Assembly (NCBI GenBank): GCA_009602735.1
Contig: WELA01001907.1
Location: 142,601 to 206,600 of the forward strand
Length of the DNA stretch: 64,000 nt
Source of the DNA: Mesotaenium endlicherianum
Lineage: Eukaryota
Direction: 5' to 3'
The stretch's first letter is position 1. Every line of letters starts with the position of its first letter. Under the pieces are notes generated by a model. That model did not search any database and was not told the origin of the DNA. It saw only the letters and a program-made list of their open reading frames with translations. Positions 35,315 to 48,667 of the stretch are shown here, in pieces. Position numbers and translations under genes: made by a program.

Positions 35315-38300
35315 CACTAGGTGGCCCGGAGGTCCCCAGGTGGCCCATCTGTCACTTTTTGGCCCAACTACTTGCCCTCCTGGTTCCTGCTCGGATATTC
35401 ATAATTTTTACTTGTTTTCTACAAATTTAGTCTTAAAAGAAGGGCTATGTCACAACAACATTGCCATTAAATCAACGGGTAAAAACGACCAAGTATGACG
35501 ACGGGTCGGTCAAATTTGTAAAGCAGAAATGTCTGTTTTATCGAACGGAAGAGTGCGTCAATGTCATGAAACTGCTCTTCTTTTTCTTGCTCTTGTTGCT
35601 GTTTGCCGCCATGGATGACGCTGAAATTTTGTGCGACGCTCGTTTATGTGCTAGGATACTTGTTCCGTGTGTAACCTTTGGTCGTACATGGAAATTTGAT
35701 AAGTTTGGTGACAAATGTGAGGAGAGATAGTCTTAAGCGGAGATGTGAAGAAGCGGTGTGAGGCTAAGAGGGGCCAAGAGGAGGCTTATGTTATTTTTTT
35801 TGCTTTTGACAAGACAAAACCGAAGTACACAAAAGCCTTAATTGAGCAGAACCTTAGAGATGATCCAGAGAATTTTGAGGAAGTCAAACTCGGTGTCTAC
35901 AAGCAAAAATCAGGTTCTACACAGCTTGATTCCCAGCCTGACTCTTATGAGTTGTTTCGACAGTCACAGAGAGCCATTTTAGACACATTGGACAGAGATG
36001 ACCAGCAGAAAACTCCTCCCAGCATGTTAGAGAGTCAAGCTGATGACTCTGAGCAGAGTAGAAAGAATTGAAAATTACCTAAAAGCAACAAAATAGTAGC
36101 TCCTGCTTATAGGAGTAAGTTCGTTGCACAAGCCAAAGTAGCCAGCAGGAAGGAGAAAGGCAAATCTGTGCAGCTTGACTCTGATGATGCTGATGGAGAC
36201 AGTTTTGAGGAGGAGGGCCTGCCAACAGCTGCAACCATGGTAGAGGAGGAGGAGGAGGCAGAAGACTCGGAGGTGGATGAGTTCCCCAAGTGGGACTGGC
36301 AACCTGTTGACTCTGGAGGCACCTATGATGAAGACCTTCTAAAGAGCAGTAAGAGTATTCATCATGGACTCCAGGGCATCACCAACAAGAGATTTTGTGC
36401 TCTTTCCCCTTTTGGAGTCTTCTGCTTGCTCATGCCAATTTGGTTTTTTGAGCAACTTGCTGAAGAGACAAATAGATATGCAGCACAGAGTGGTGCTAGA
36501 GCTTGAATTCCTGTGAGTTGCACAGAGATAGTTGTATTTCATGGCTTGTGCATGGCCATGGGGCTGCATGCTTTGCCAAGACTCAGCAAATATTGGTAGA
36601 AAACAGTCAATGGACCTACCTTCCTTTGGTAGATTCATGAGCAAAAACCGGTTCAAAGAAATTAGGCGATACTTCCATGTCAAAGACAATAGAAGTAGAT
36701 CTCGCTTTCCAAAAGACTCCAGAGAATATAAACTCTGGCAGCTGCAGCCCTTCACAGACCTTTGTCACCAGACGTGCTCAGTATTACAGTCCTGGAGAGG
36801 TCTTCACTATAGATGAAAGAACAACACCTATTAGAAACGGGCAATGTCCCATCAGAATCTACAATCCTTCCAAGCCATACAAGTATGGCATGGAATTATT
36901 CATAGTATGTGATGGTATTAAATATTTTTGTATTGTTTTCATCATCTATGACAGGATTAGAATTGAAGGACTAAAGACTAAAGAAGTGTTGGACCTGGTG
37001 AGTATGTTGCCACTTGGAAGAGTCTTCAACTTTGTTATTGATAGAGGCTTCATCTTTCCTGAATTGTTCTCAATATTAGCAAAGAAAGGACATGGTGCTA
37101 CAGGCACTGTTATGACTAATAGGAAAAACTACCCTACTGACATGGTCATGATGAGGCCCAACTTTCACCCACCTGGCTATACTAAAGCAGCATACAATGA
37201 GAGCCCTCCCATGGTTGCATGTGTGTGGCATGACTCTAAACCATGTGCATTCCTATCAACAGCCAAAGGGTTGGCTCCTAGAACTCAACTTAGGCGTGTG
37301 TCAGCGAAGGAGAAATTGTCGGTGCCAGCTCCATAAACAGAAGAGCATTATAACACTTAGAAAGATAGAATAGATCAGTTTGATGCCCTATGCCTAGCTA
37401 AGAACTACAGTATTGAGAGGGTGCTAGTGAACAAAAAGTGGTGGTATAGGGCCTACTGGGGCATATTTGATGGACTTCTTGCTAACGCATTCATTTTGCG
37501 TAAGATGGAAAATCCCAACGCTGACAGATTTGCGATGTACATGGAGGTGATGGATGAGATGTGCTACTTTCATCATCCTCATGATGCAGGCCTTAGCAAG
37601 GTGATGACTAGAACTAATCCAACCCATCCTACTGCAAATGCCAGGTGGACCCACAGGCACTTCCCTGTGAAGGTCAAGGAAAGGAAGCGATGCGTGGTGT
37701 GCAATGCTGGCACTTTTGACCATCGTGCTAACGGCCCAAGAGCTCCCTAGGTTCCATATATGTGTAAGCCTTGCAATATCTATTTGTGTCCCTCTTCATG
37801 TTTTCAGAGAAACCATACAGAGAGGATTATTGAGCATCTAGGTACAGGAGCTCGCAAAGAAGTAAGAGGTTAGGACAGCTAATAGACTATGCACGTGTTT
37901 ATTGACAAATCTGGCAGACTATATAATATGACATACCAATTGTATCTGAGCTCCACAGAAGTTGTAAAATTGTAGCAATACTATCATTGAGAACTTTCAA
38001 TTAGGTTAACTTTTTCGTTTAAAAAATGATAAGAATTGCTTAATTTTTCCCCTGAAATCAGAATATGTGAAGTCATTAAAATATTTATTCATTAAGAAAA
38101 CAAACAAAATCACGGATATTTGGGTATTCATGTCATACACTAGTGTGTAGAAAATGAAAGTTTAATACCTTGCATAGAGTTCTGTAAGACATCCTATGTA
38201 CATGTGAGTCTTAAAACTCTTATTGGACCACCCCAAATAGATGGTCCCCATAAGACCCGGACTTGCCAAGTGCTACAACCGGTATAGCATTTCTCTTTCA

Positions 38301-38611
38301 AGTCTGAAATTTTGTACACATACTCATTATGTATACAAGCACCTCTGGCTCAAATCACAATATGTGGATTGAAGTGTGGAGAAAGTGGTGACTGCTCAAA
38401 CATAGCACTTTTGTCGATGTTTTTATAAATTTTACATTTCCGGTCAGAATATCCACTTTAAAAGAAAACGGCAGGGCCATGAAGAAGGAGATATAACCAT
38501 CCAAAAAATACAACCCACTTTTTCCTAGGCCTATTGATGTACTTTAATCAATTCAAAGTGTGTGAGTAGTTGTTGGGCCAAAAAACATATAATTCGTTGG
38601 ACCACCTAATG
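35315..38611 (+). mobile_element. piggyBac-like DNA transposon PB2 (decayed), inserted in A2 RT
   Basis: TTAA on both sides (35311-35314 and 38612-38615). TIRs CACTAGGTGGCCC and CATTAGGTGGTCC, plus subterminal TTTTGGCCCAAC..ACTACT inverted repeat. Confidence 0.92.
35660..37873 (+). pseudogene. piggyBac-family DDD transposase (PB2)
   Basis: LAEETNRYA, MSKNRFKEIRRYFH, TIDERTTP...KPYKYG, VIDRGF, IDQFD and CVVC...CKPCNIYLC..CF. The upstream limit is approximate. Confidence 0.9.
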
Positions 38612-41395
38612 TTAAAGAAATCACACTTGCTCTTTTAGCAAATAACTGATTCCTTCTTAGAGTGTCCATGACTGTCTTTAAGTGCTCAGCATGCTCAGCT
38701 TCCATTTTAGAGAACATAAGAATATCATCCAGGGCGACTTGCACACACTTATCAAAGTAAGGCCTAAAAATGTTATTCATAGCACCCATGAAGGTTGGAG
38801 AAGCATTAGCCAGTCCAAATGGCATCACATTATATTCATAGTGTCTATAACGTGTGCAAAAGGCAGTCTTGTGTTGATCTCCTTCAGCAATTCTGATTTG
38901 AAAATAGCCACTCTTGAGATCTATCTTACTAAACACTTTAGCGTCAGACAGGGTATCAAGCAAGTCCTCAATTCTGGATAAAGCATACTTGTTCTTTACT
39001 GTGATTCTAATAAAAGCTCTGTAATCCACACGCATTCCTATACTACCATCCTTCTTCTTAAAAGGTAAGATGGGTGCGCCATAGGGTGATTTATTGGGAC
39101 AAATATACCATTTTCCTCCAGCTCTGCAATTTGTGTTACAACTCTTCACTCTTCACATAAGACAACCCATAGGTGCGTTGCCAAGGTGGTTGACTCCCAG
39201 GTGATAAATCAATCTTATGATCTACTTCCCTCTTAGGGGGCATTCAGCAATTTGCATCCTCCTGGAAGCCTCTTCTTTTCCTTCATTTTCCATCCATACA
39301 GAACAAGAGGAAAAGCACTGGTGGGTACCAAGTTAGTCTGCCCATCACTGGCTCCTCTCCCTTTAACTGTACCTCTGCTCCAACACACTTCAGCTTGATG
39401 TCTATTAAGCCAGGACCTGCCTAGCACGAGATCATAAAAGCCAGTGTTGAGTACCTCAAATGTAAGCGTTTCAGTTAGAACTGCAATGCCAGAACCTAAC
39501 TGGACCTCAATAGGCTTGGTTATAACTCCTCCCGGGATACTTGAGGCATCTCCAAGGAATATTTTTCTATTCCCTTGGGTGACAGTAGGCAGCCTTAATC
39601 GCTTAACTAAGTCCTTGTGGATAAAGGTATGTGACGCCCCTCCGTCAACAAATGCCCTCACGTTCCTGGGTGCAATCATATAATGCAGTGGGATAGGGGG
39701 AACTGACTTTTCTTGACTTTTGCATTGTTCTCCTGACTTAGCAAAATAATATTGGACATCAGGTGCAACAAGATCATCCTGAGTGTGCACTCTCTGGAAA
39801 TCTATATTGCTGATGGTCTCCTTTATGTGTTTGTCAGGCATGCATAGTGAATCCAGTTCAGCAGGACCCATAATACCTGCTACGAGAGCAGCTATTGACG
39901 ACTCACTATCTCTAGCATCCTCACAGTCAGTAGACTGGAGTACTGACTGTTACTGTCTTCTAACGGCTGGTCTTTTCTCTCGACCTTTGGAAGGTGCTTG
40001 ACTAGGCACTGCTCTTTGTAGTGACCCAGCTGCTGGCAATGGTAGCATACAGATTTTGCTGAGGCTGGTCTCGGCTTAGACCTCCCACCACCTTTTTCAT
40101 AGCCACCTCAAGAGGAACCACCTCTCCCTCTAGACTGCATCGCATTATACTCATACTTATAGGCATCACCCTGAGCGTCCTCAACCTGGTCTCCTTCAAT
40201 TGCGTTGTAGGAGCCGTGTGGCTTTTTGACAATCTTAGACACCAAAGCATTACTCTGGCGCTTGTGATTGAATTGCTGCTGATCCTTAGCATCAGCGTCC
40301 TGGATCAAGTCAACCAGTTTCTCATATTTCTTCTCAGCAAAATGACCTGAGACTTCGGATTTCAAGCCAAACGTGAAGTATGCTATCTTATACCGCCCTG
40401 GGAAGTCTGGCTGCTTCATCATGTTCTCCTGGAACTTTTGAGCAAACTCAGCAACTGAAGTGGTCTGGTACAATGTCAAGGAGATCATTGCATAGATAGC
40501 TTTCTCCCGCTGATTGATGACATCAAACTCTTCATGCAGTTCCTTGACAAACTCTACCCAAGTAGGGAACTTTTGAGCAAATTCAGCAACTAAAGTGGTC
40601 TGCTTCAGTCTCAAGGAGATCATCGCATAGATAGCTTTCTCCCGCTGAAAGATGATATAAAACTTCTCATGCAATTCCTCGACAAACTCTACCCAAGTAG
40701 GGTCAGTGAGTTGCTGAGCCTTACGCTCTTCTTTCTAATACAGCCACCAGTCTGCTGCACTACCTTTCACGAGAGCACAGTATGTTTAACCTTCTCGTAA
40801 TCCTGCAGTTCTGGGTAATTCTCCAGCCACTACTCAACATCAGCGAGAAACTTGATCTGGTAATTCTTTTTGTTTCCCTCAGAATCATAGTCCTAGGGAG
40901 GTTTTGGCTTAGGCTTACTAGGCCCTCTGCCACCACCACCAGTGGTTTGAGAACCCAGTTGGTCTCTGTGACGCAGCAATGCCATTATGATCCTTTTGTC
41001 CTCCTGTTGGGACTGATACATGCTTGCAATTTGCGATTGCATCTGAACAAATAAGGCTCCCAGATCTACATTCTGAGGTGGTAGCCCAACGAACGCAGCA
41101 GCAGCAACATTAGCTCGATTAATAGCAGCTTCGGCATTCCCGATTGCTGCCGCTCCGGTTATGCTTGTTGCGCTCAACTGTCTGTAAATTTGAGGAAGGG
41201 GTATGACAGTTGGCACAGCAAGAGGTTGGTTTCGGAGATTGGCCCTCTCTGCCGTCTACTCTTCCACCGTCCTTTCATCAGGATCCCTCCTGTTTGTTGA
41301 CTTTCCTACCTCTTTGGCTAAACGCTCATCCTCAGTCAATTGGGCTGCTACTACAGCAAGAGCTACTGCCTGCTCAGCAGCTTCTCTAGCACCTG
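38612..41395 (-). pseudogene. A2 gag, protease and RT N-terminus (decayed)
   Basis: Homologous to about 15700-18520. FVDGGASHTF protease motif, CYHCQQLGHYKEQC knuckle and a 135-bp tandem duplication in gag. Confidence 0.9.
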
Positions 41396-42667
41396 TGTAG
41401 TAAAACAGATAGATAAAGTACTTAGTAAAATAGAATACTTTATCAATTCAAGACAAGGATCTTTGAACACAAGTGGTAGCTTCTTCAAAGAGAGATGGCT
41501 TCTTGATAATTAATATATTTCTGGAATTTGGCAAGTATAAGAGTGATTCTCTCATGTCTTTCTATGTTCTAGCTCTTGTTTATGTACTTGCTAAATAAGT
41601 AATTTCTAGGAAGGTGTTGTTGATGTGTTGGCACCCAATACATCCCAAAACTTGCCACCTCTTTCTAGAATAATGTACACATGTCCTTTTGACCTCAAAA
41701 TGGCACATTTGACTTTTGCCACGTGGAGTTCTTCTAGGTCTTTTCTCTAACTTCGAAAATGCCTTAGAAGGTGCAAAGGACATGAAATAAGTCACTAGAG
41801 TACCTATTTACACTTGAATCCACACAATACTATTCCAAATATATTTGAAAACATATATGCAAACTAATATATAATAACTCAAATCACTACATCACCCCCT
41901 CGCCAGAAAAAGCGACGTCTCGGCGCGTCAAGTCAGGTCGTACACATATGGAGCAGACTAGTCAACAGTTTCAAGTCAGATGCCACACATGTGAAGAGAA
42001 TTAGTCCAAGGCGCCAAGTCAGGTGCTACACATGTAAGGTAGACTAGGCAAGGTCGTGGGTCGTGTGACCGTATTGGCTTGCCTACTCCTTGATGATAAA
42101 GAAAATTGTACAAGTTGGCCCAGAGTCTGCCACGAATTCAAAAATTCATAGCGTCCACAAAACTGCTCCAAATCTAAAAATTCTAACACCAGACGGACCG
42201 CGTCGGAGAACTCTACCGGGTCACCAAATTTGAGAGCATTCTAATGTTTGGAGTTCGTTGTGAGCTGAGAGAGTAGGCACTCCTCCAAATCTGTGCAAAA
42301 ACTTCTGAGAAACGTAAGTCCTTCCATACTTTTTAAAATTCTGCAAACTAAGTCTCAAACTGGGCGCTGTAAGATGTTCTACCAGAGTCTTGAGTTTCAG
42401 AGCATTCCAAGTTCAGGGGAGGGCACAATGTCAGAAGGCATACTCTGCCCTAACAATGCCAGCAGCCTGACCCCCTTCTACTTAGAGCATTATATCTCTC
42501 TCACCAGTACTCCAAACTGAGCAAACTTAGACTCTAAATGACCGGCTACTCATGGAGTACAGCCAAATAAATTTTCAGAATTTATTATGCAGAGACCAAT
42601 CATTAGTAGCAGTTTTAGTTTTCCGTCCAGAAACTTTGAGAAGAGAAGAGTGTCTAATGTCAATTTT

Positions 42668-45600
42668 TCATCTTTCTTGTTCTTGCAGGCTGCCTCCAAG
42701 GGGTCTTCTGCTGCTTCTTGATGGTGGCAGGCTGCCTCCCTGAAGTCTTTGGGCTTCTAGTAAGGAGACTTGGGGCTGGTCCAAGATGGGGGTGGCGGCA
42801 TGGAAGCGCTTCAACTTTCTCTGAACTTTGTCAAGATAGTGCGCCGCCACCCAACTATTCTCCGAATCTGGATATCCTTTCCACTTGATCAAGTATTGCT
42901 GCTGTCTCCTGGAATTTCTCATAGCCACTATGTCTTCCACTTCGTACTCCAAATGATCATCCACTATTGTTGGGGCTGGTGGGGTTGTCACACGTCCTGG
43001 GAACTTGTTGTCGGGTTGCACATATGGCTTGAAGAGGGAAGCGTGGAATACGGGGTCGATGTGCATAGTCTGGGGAAGTTCTAGCTTGAAAGCAACGGGG
43101 TTGACTTGCTGGATAATCTTGAAGGGTCCCAAATACTTGGGAGAGAACTTGCTGCCGGCAGGCCTGTTGTTCAGGGAAATGTTCTTGGATGATAGTAACA
43201 CGTTGTCACCCACTCTGTACGTAATTTCTCTTCTGGATCTGTTCGCCACTCTTGCTTGAGCATCTTGCGCGTGTTGTAGAGCTTTCTTCGCTGCTGTAAG
43301 GGCTGCTTCTAATGTCTCCATAAAATCTGTGGCTGCAGGTACTTCATCATGGCCAGCCGTGAAGCTCAGTGGCGTGGTCGGATGGAAGCCATAGTTGAGG
43401 AAGAATGGGGACTCTTGGGTAGAGGCCTGCGTAGTGTTGTTGTAGGCAAACTCGAGGGGGGTCAAGTACATGTCCCAGTCTTGCTCGAGGGTAGACACGT
43501 AGGCCTTTAGAGAGGTCTTTAGGGTACGATTCATACGCTCGGTTTGCCCATCTGATTGTGGGTGGTAGGCGGTAGACATATCCAGCGATGTACCCAAGTT
43601 CTTGAAGAGATTTTTCCAGAAATGGCTTGTGAATCTTGGATCTCTATCTGACACAATTCTTGATGGTAGTCCATGGAGTCGGAAGATGTTGTCAAAGATG
43701 AGTCTTGCAAGTTGTGGTGCTGTAGCCTTAGTCGTTGTGGGAATAAAATGAGCCATCTTGGTAAGTCTGTCCACCACCGTGAGTATTGCATTATGGCCTC
43801 GAGGTATCACGGGCAGGTCCACGATAAGGTCCATTGAGATATCCGTCCATTGTCTTTCGAGGATTGGTACTGGTTGGAGGAGTCCTCCCGCCCTTTGCGA
43901 TGATGGCTTGATTCTTTGGCATGTGTCACAGCTCCTGCAGTACTCCTTGACTTGCTTAGACATGCTTGGCCAACAATAAGTCCTAGCTAGAACGCCTGTG
44001 GTCCTTAGGATTCCGAAGTGTCCTCCAAAAGGGTTGTCGTGTGCTTCTCGTAGAAGCAAGAGCCGGAGGTCTAAGTCATTAGGAACACACCTCTAACCCG
44101 TGTCTTGCCTCACCCAATAATTGTCTTCTTGCTTCTTGTATGGGTCCAAGGCTGCTTCTCCGTTCTTGTAGTAAGGGTCTCTTTCATAGGCGGCTGAAAA
44201 TTGAGCTGCCAGCTTTGTCTTCAGGGATGCCATCACGGCGTTTAATTGCAGTCTTGAGAGGGGGTCAGCCGAGTTTGTCTTGCCGGGCTGGTACTGAATC
44301 GTGATGTTGTATTGTTGCAAGTATCCGCTCCATCTTGCTTGTCTCCTTGAGCGATACGGCTGCGTCTGGAGGTGCTTTAACGCCTCGTAGTCCGTGGTGA
44401 CCAGTACTTTGCGTCCTTCAACGTAGCAGCGCCAAACCTTCAAGGCATGTACAATCGCCAATGCCTCACGCTCCGTGGTTCTATAATTTTGCTCGGCTGG
44501 ATTTAGCTTCCTTGACTCGTAGGCGATGGGCTGCAGTCCCTTGCCTTGGTCTTGAAGCAGGATTGCTCCTATTACATAGGAAGATGCATCGGTGATGACG
44601 TGGAAGGGCCAATCTGGGTTTGGACTTGGGAGTGTAAGCACCGGGAATGTGGTCAATCTTCGCTTTAATTCTTGAAATGCCTCTTCCTCTTTCTTGGTCC
44701 ATGTATGTAGCCTGTCCTTCTTGAGTAGATATATCAGGGGGGCTGCTATGTGCGAGAAGCTCTGGATGAATTTTCTGCACCAATTGGCAAATCGCAAGAA
44801 TGAATGGAGTTCTTTATTGGTCGTGGGGGTTGGCCATTCCTCCACCACCGTGGTCTTCTTGGGGTCTATTTTATGCCATCAGCAGTCACGTGGAGACCTA
44901 GGAACTCCACTTCTTGTTTGGCAAACTCGCACTTTGACTCCTTCGCAAATAGCTTGTTTTGCTTCAATACTTCAAGGACTTCTTTCAAGTGTCTCGCATG
45001 CTCTTCAAGGGTCTTGCTGTAGATAAGGATGTCATCAATGAATACCACCACAAATCTGTCCAACATGGGCTGAAATATGGTGTTCATCATAGTCATGAAA
45101 GTTGCTGGCGCGTTGGTGACTCCAAATGGCAGGACTATGAACTCAAAATGTCCATATCTTGTCCTGAATGCCGTCTTCTCTATGTCCGGTTCTGCGAATC
45201 TAATGGTAGCCGCTTCGTAAGTCAATCTTTGTGAAGTACTTGGCTCCAACTAGCCGGTCCATTAGCTCATCCATGCGCGGCAGCGGGTATCGATTCTTGA
45301 TGGTGATCTTGTTGAGGGCGCGATAGTCCACACACATCCTCAAGGTACCATCTTTCTTCTTGACAAATAGCACCGGGGCTCCAAATGGCGACTTGCTAGG
45401 TCGAATGAAGCCATGCTCCAGTAGCTCCTTGATTTGCTTCTTGACTTCGTCTAGCTCCGTGTATGACATTTTGAACGTAGGCCGAGAGATGGGCTTGCTT
45501 CCGGGCTCCAACTCTATCTTGTGGTCTACGAATCTTTTGGGGGGTAGGCCCTTGGGCAATTCCGGGGAGAACACTTCTTTGTAGTCCTCAAAGACTTCTT

Positions 45601-46350
45601 GTATCTCCTTGGGAAGGGGCTGCCTTCTTGACTCTCGATGTCTTTCTTGATGTCTTTTGGCGTGATCAAGGCCAAAAGAAGCTCGTGTCCCTTCCTCACA
45701 AGTCTCTTGAGTTGGAGGGCGGACAATAGTATCTCGTGTGCCGGCTTCTTGATATCTTGGGTTTGGATATTCCGGATTGCGCGCAAAATACAGATTCTTG
45801 AAGTGATGTCATTCTTGATCTTGATAGTACCGTCTCTCCAATCAACTTGGGGGTTGTGCTTGGTCAACCAAGGCGTCCCTAGGATGACGTCGTACTTGCC
45901 CAATTGCATGGGGGAGAATACGACTCTATCCTTGAAGGACTTGATAGAGAGTGCCAAGAGGTACGTCTTCTTGGAAGGGGTAGTATAGGAGAATCCATCG
46001 GGCATCATAATCTCCTCGTCGTGGTCAAGAGTTCGCATAGTAATTCCGTGCTTGGTGGCAAAATCTGCAGCAATGAAGTTGCCTTGAGCTCCGCTATCCA
46101 CCAAGATGTGGACCTTCTNAGCTCCGCTATCCACCAAAATGTGGACCTTCTGTCCTCCAAGGTAATCTCTCAAACTCATTGGGGCTGGATCGTCGTCTTC
46201 AACGGGAGTCTCCACCTCACTTGGCTTGTTGTCTTCTCGTGAAGTGGGTCTTGGGGTGGTAGGCTCCTGGCCTACCGGCGCTGTCCGTTTTTTGACAACT
46301 TTTTGGGGCATGAAAGTGCACGATGGCCCTTTTCCTTGCAATAAAAGCAT
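42668..46350 (-). pseudogene. pol: B2 pol (several frameshifts)
   Basis: Near-identical to B1 pol but split into 5 ORFs. Confidence 0.93.
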
Positions 46351-47552
46351 AGTCCAGCCGTCATGAGAGCTTCTTTTTCAGCCGGGGAGAGTCTTGCTTT
46401 CACTCCTTGCTGGTTTCTTGCATCATAAGTGTCATTGGAGGGTCTTCCACTCTTCCGGGCAGCCGCGGGGTCCCTTTTAATAACTCCGATTTCCATGGGT
46501 GTGGGTCCAGATTCGGATGTGGAAGGGGCTGCGTACACCCGCGTCGCCGGAACCCGTGAAGATGGAGGCACGGAGTGCTTGAAATCCAAGGTATCCACCT
46601 TTTGGGCCACTTCAATGATCCTTGAGAAGGCCGTCAAGTCGCGTAATTCCACTTCGTTTGCCACCTTGGGCTTGAGGCCAAAGATGTAGCGGTCAATCTT
46701 CTCCTTGAGAGACATGTTGGGGATCTCAAGAGTGAGGGCGTGAAATCTGGATGTATACTCTTGAACGGACGTCGTTTGCTTGAGATGGTGGAGCTTTCCT
46801 CGGGCAATCTTCTCCGCATTGATGGGCATGAATTGCTTCTTGAGGGCCTCACGAAAATCTGCCCATCTTGCATATGATGGTGGGGGCTCTTGGCCGAGCA
46901 TGGGGTGCGCCATAGCTTGATATATAGCCGCTTGATAGTTACGCCACCATGATGTTGCTGCTCCTCTAAGTAAGGTAACGGCAAAGGGAACGTAGTCCTC
47001 CTCGGGTACTTCAAGGAACGCGAGGTACGTCTCCACTTGGTAGAGCCATAAATTCAGGTTGGCACCTTTCCCGGGGTTGAAAGTGTCGGGTTTGCCGGGC
47101 TTGATGAGTTTCCTTGCTCTCGTTGGCTCTTGTGGAGGCGCTTGAGCCGGGGCTGGATTTTGAGCATTGCTCGCAATAGGGGCAACCATGGCAGCCATAG
47201 CTTCTCTTGACGCTTGCACGGTTGCTTCATAGGTGGCCAAGCCCACTTGGTTGTGGACGGTCATTAGGAAGGCTGCCCACTCATTTGCGGGAACTCCTTG
47301 TGGTGGGGTCAACTTTGCTATAGCGGCTGCCACGGGATTTGACGGTGCTCCTCCTTGTGGTGCTTCTTGTTGTTGCAGATTTCCTTGAGTAGGCTCTCCC
47401 ATCGGCGCTGGAGGAGGGTGTACTCCTCCTTGTGGTGCTTCTTGTTGTTGTAGATTTTCTTGAGTGGGCTCTCCCATCGGCGCTGGAGGAGGGTGTCTTG
47501 GAGAGAAAGGGCTTCCTTCGAAAGCTTGCTGTTGGTCTTGAGGATCGGCCAT
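46272..47552 (-). CDS. gag: B2 Gag (intact, 426 aa)
   Basis: Near-identical to B1 Gag. Confidence 0.94.
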   Translation of the reverse strand: MADPQDQQQAFEGSPFSPRHPPPAPMGEPTQENLQQQEAPQGGVHPPPAPMGEPTQGNLQQQEAPQGGAPSNPVAAAIAKLTPPQGVPANEWAAFLMTVHNQVGLATYEATVQASREAMAAMVAPIASNAQNPAPAQAPPQEPTRARKLIKPGKPDTFNPGKGANLNLWLYQVETYLAFLEVPEEDYVPFAVTLLRGAATSWWRNYQAAIYQAMAHPMLGQEPPPSYARWADFREALKKQFMPINAEKIARGKLHHLKQTTSVQEYTSRFHALTLEIPNMSLKEKIDRYIFGLKPKVANEVELRDLTAFSRIIEVAQKVDTLDFKHSVPPSSRVPATRVYAAPSTSESGPTPMEIGVIKRDPAAARKSGRPSNDTYDARNQQGVKARLSPAEKEALMTAGLCFYCKEKGHRALSCPKKLSKNGQRR

Positions 47553-48667
47553 CTTCTTGTGCTACCAAAGTGCCTAGCTCCGATACCACTGTTGTTACGT
47601 TTCTGCTTTTCGAGAGGATCTTTCCTCGGTATTCAAGGAATATTTAATTCAAGTGGAAGGAAAATCTGTATAATTGTGCAAATCGACGAATACTCGAAAG
47701 AGCAAAAATATAAACTAACGTAGAATGTGTGCTTGTGAGAGTTGCACTCACAATGACTCTACAGGTATTTATACCTGCACAATATGAGGCATTGGAGTGC
47801 TTCGAGTCACCACCTAGGGCACTGGTTCATGTTCAACGAAAACGGTCGAAGGGACGTGTCCCATTCGGCCGAATGCTCGAAACGCGCCGTTTGGCGGTTT
47901 GGAGACTTTTCAATGGTTTTCAGAAAACCGGTTCGCGCCAAACGGGCGTTTTCGCGTTCTCGCAACTTTTCGAAAAGTCGCGATTGTTCGCGGAGTCGCG
48001 TGCAAATCATTACGTCATGAACCCGGAGTTACGAATAACTACTTGGCCAATTGGTTTAGGTGTGAACGTTTCAAACGACAAGTTGCGGGTTAGAATCCGC
48101 GTCGATGCAAAGCCTCTATGCATATTTCGTTTCGTTTGTCTTTAAGACGGTTTGTTCGTATCTTGATACGACGGTTTGTTTGTATTAACGACTGGTCGTA
48201 AATTCGAAATCTGTGATTGTGCATTGTCGAAATAATGACAATCAAATCAACTTAATCAATCAATGATTTAATAAGTTATCATCTCATAATTAATCAAAGT
48301 AACTTTATGTCGTACTTTTGCGAAGTAGTCGAGTTACGTTACCACGCTTTTTGCAATAGTATCTCGGTCGTTTCGCCAGTCGACCAAGAATTAATCGGCA
48401 CACACGTGTGGCAAATAATTGAATATGATGCAATCAATTATCAAATAATATGATAAATAGTATAACGTACTTTAGGTAATTGGGAAAACGTCCCAAATAC
48501 GCTTAAAATAGCTCGGATCGTTACACTCCTCCCCCCTTAAAAGAACTTAACGTCCTCGTTAAGCGTACGTCTTTTAAGTCTTAATGTGTCAATACTAGCC
48601 TTGACTAGCGGAAAACACTGCTTTGAGCGATTGGACGGTGCATCATCACAGAGACGTAAAAGAGCGA

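Noticed and set aside
46087..46152. 33-bp tandem duplication of the protease active-site motif ([10 protein letters not shown] twice) in B2
   Set aside because: An N sits at the junction, so this is most likely an unmerged contig overlap rather than a real double active site.
47729..48145. 138-aa ORF and overlapping ORFs in the C LTRs
   Set aside because: They are repeated only because the LTRs are near-identical. The 138-aa frame is not reported in the C1 LTR.
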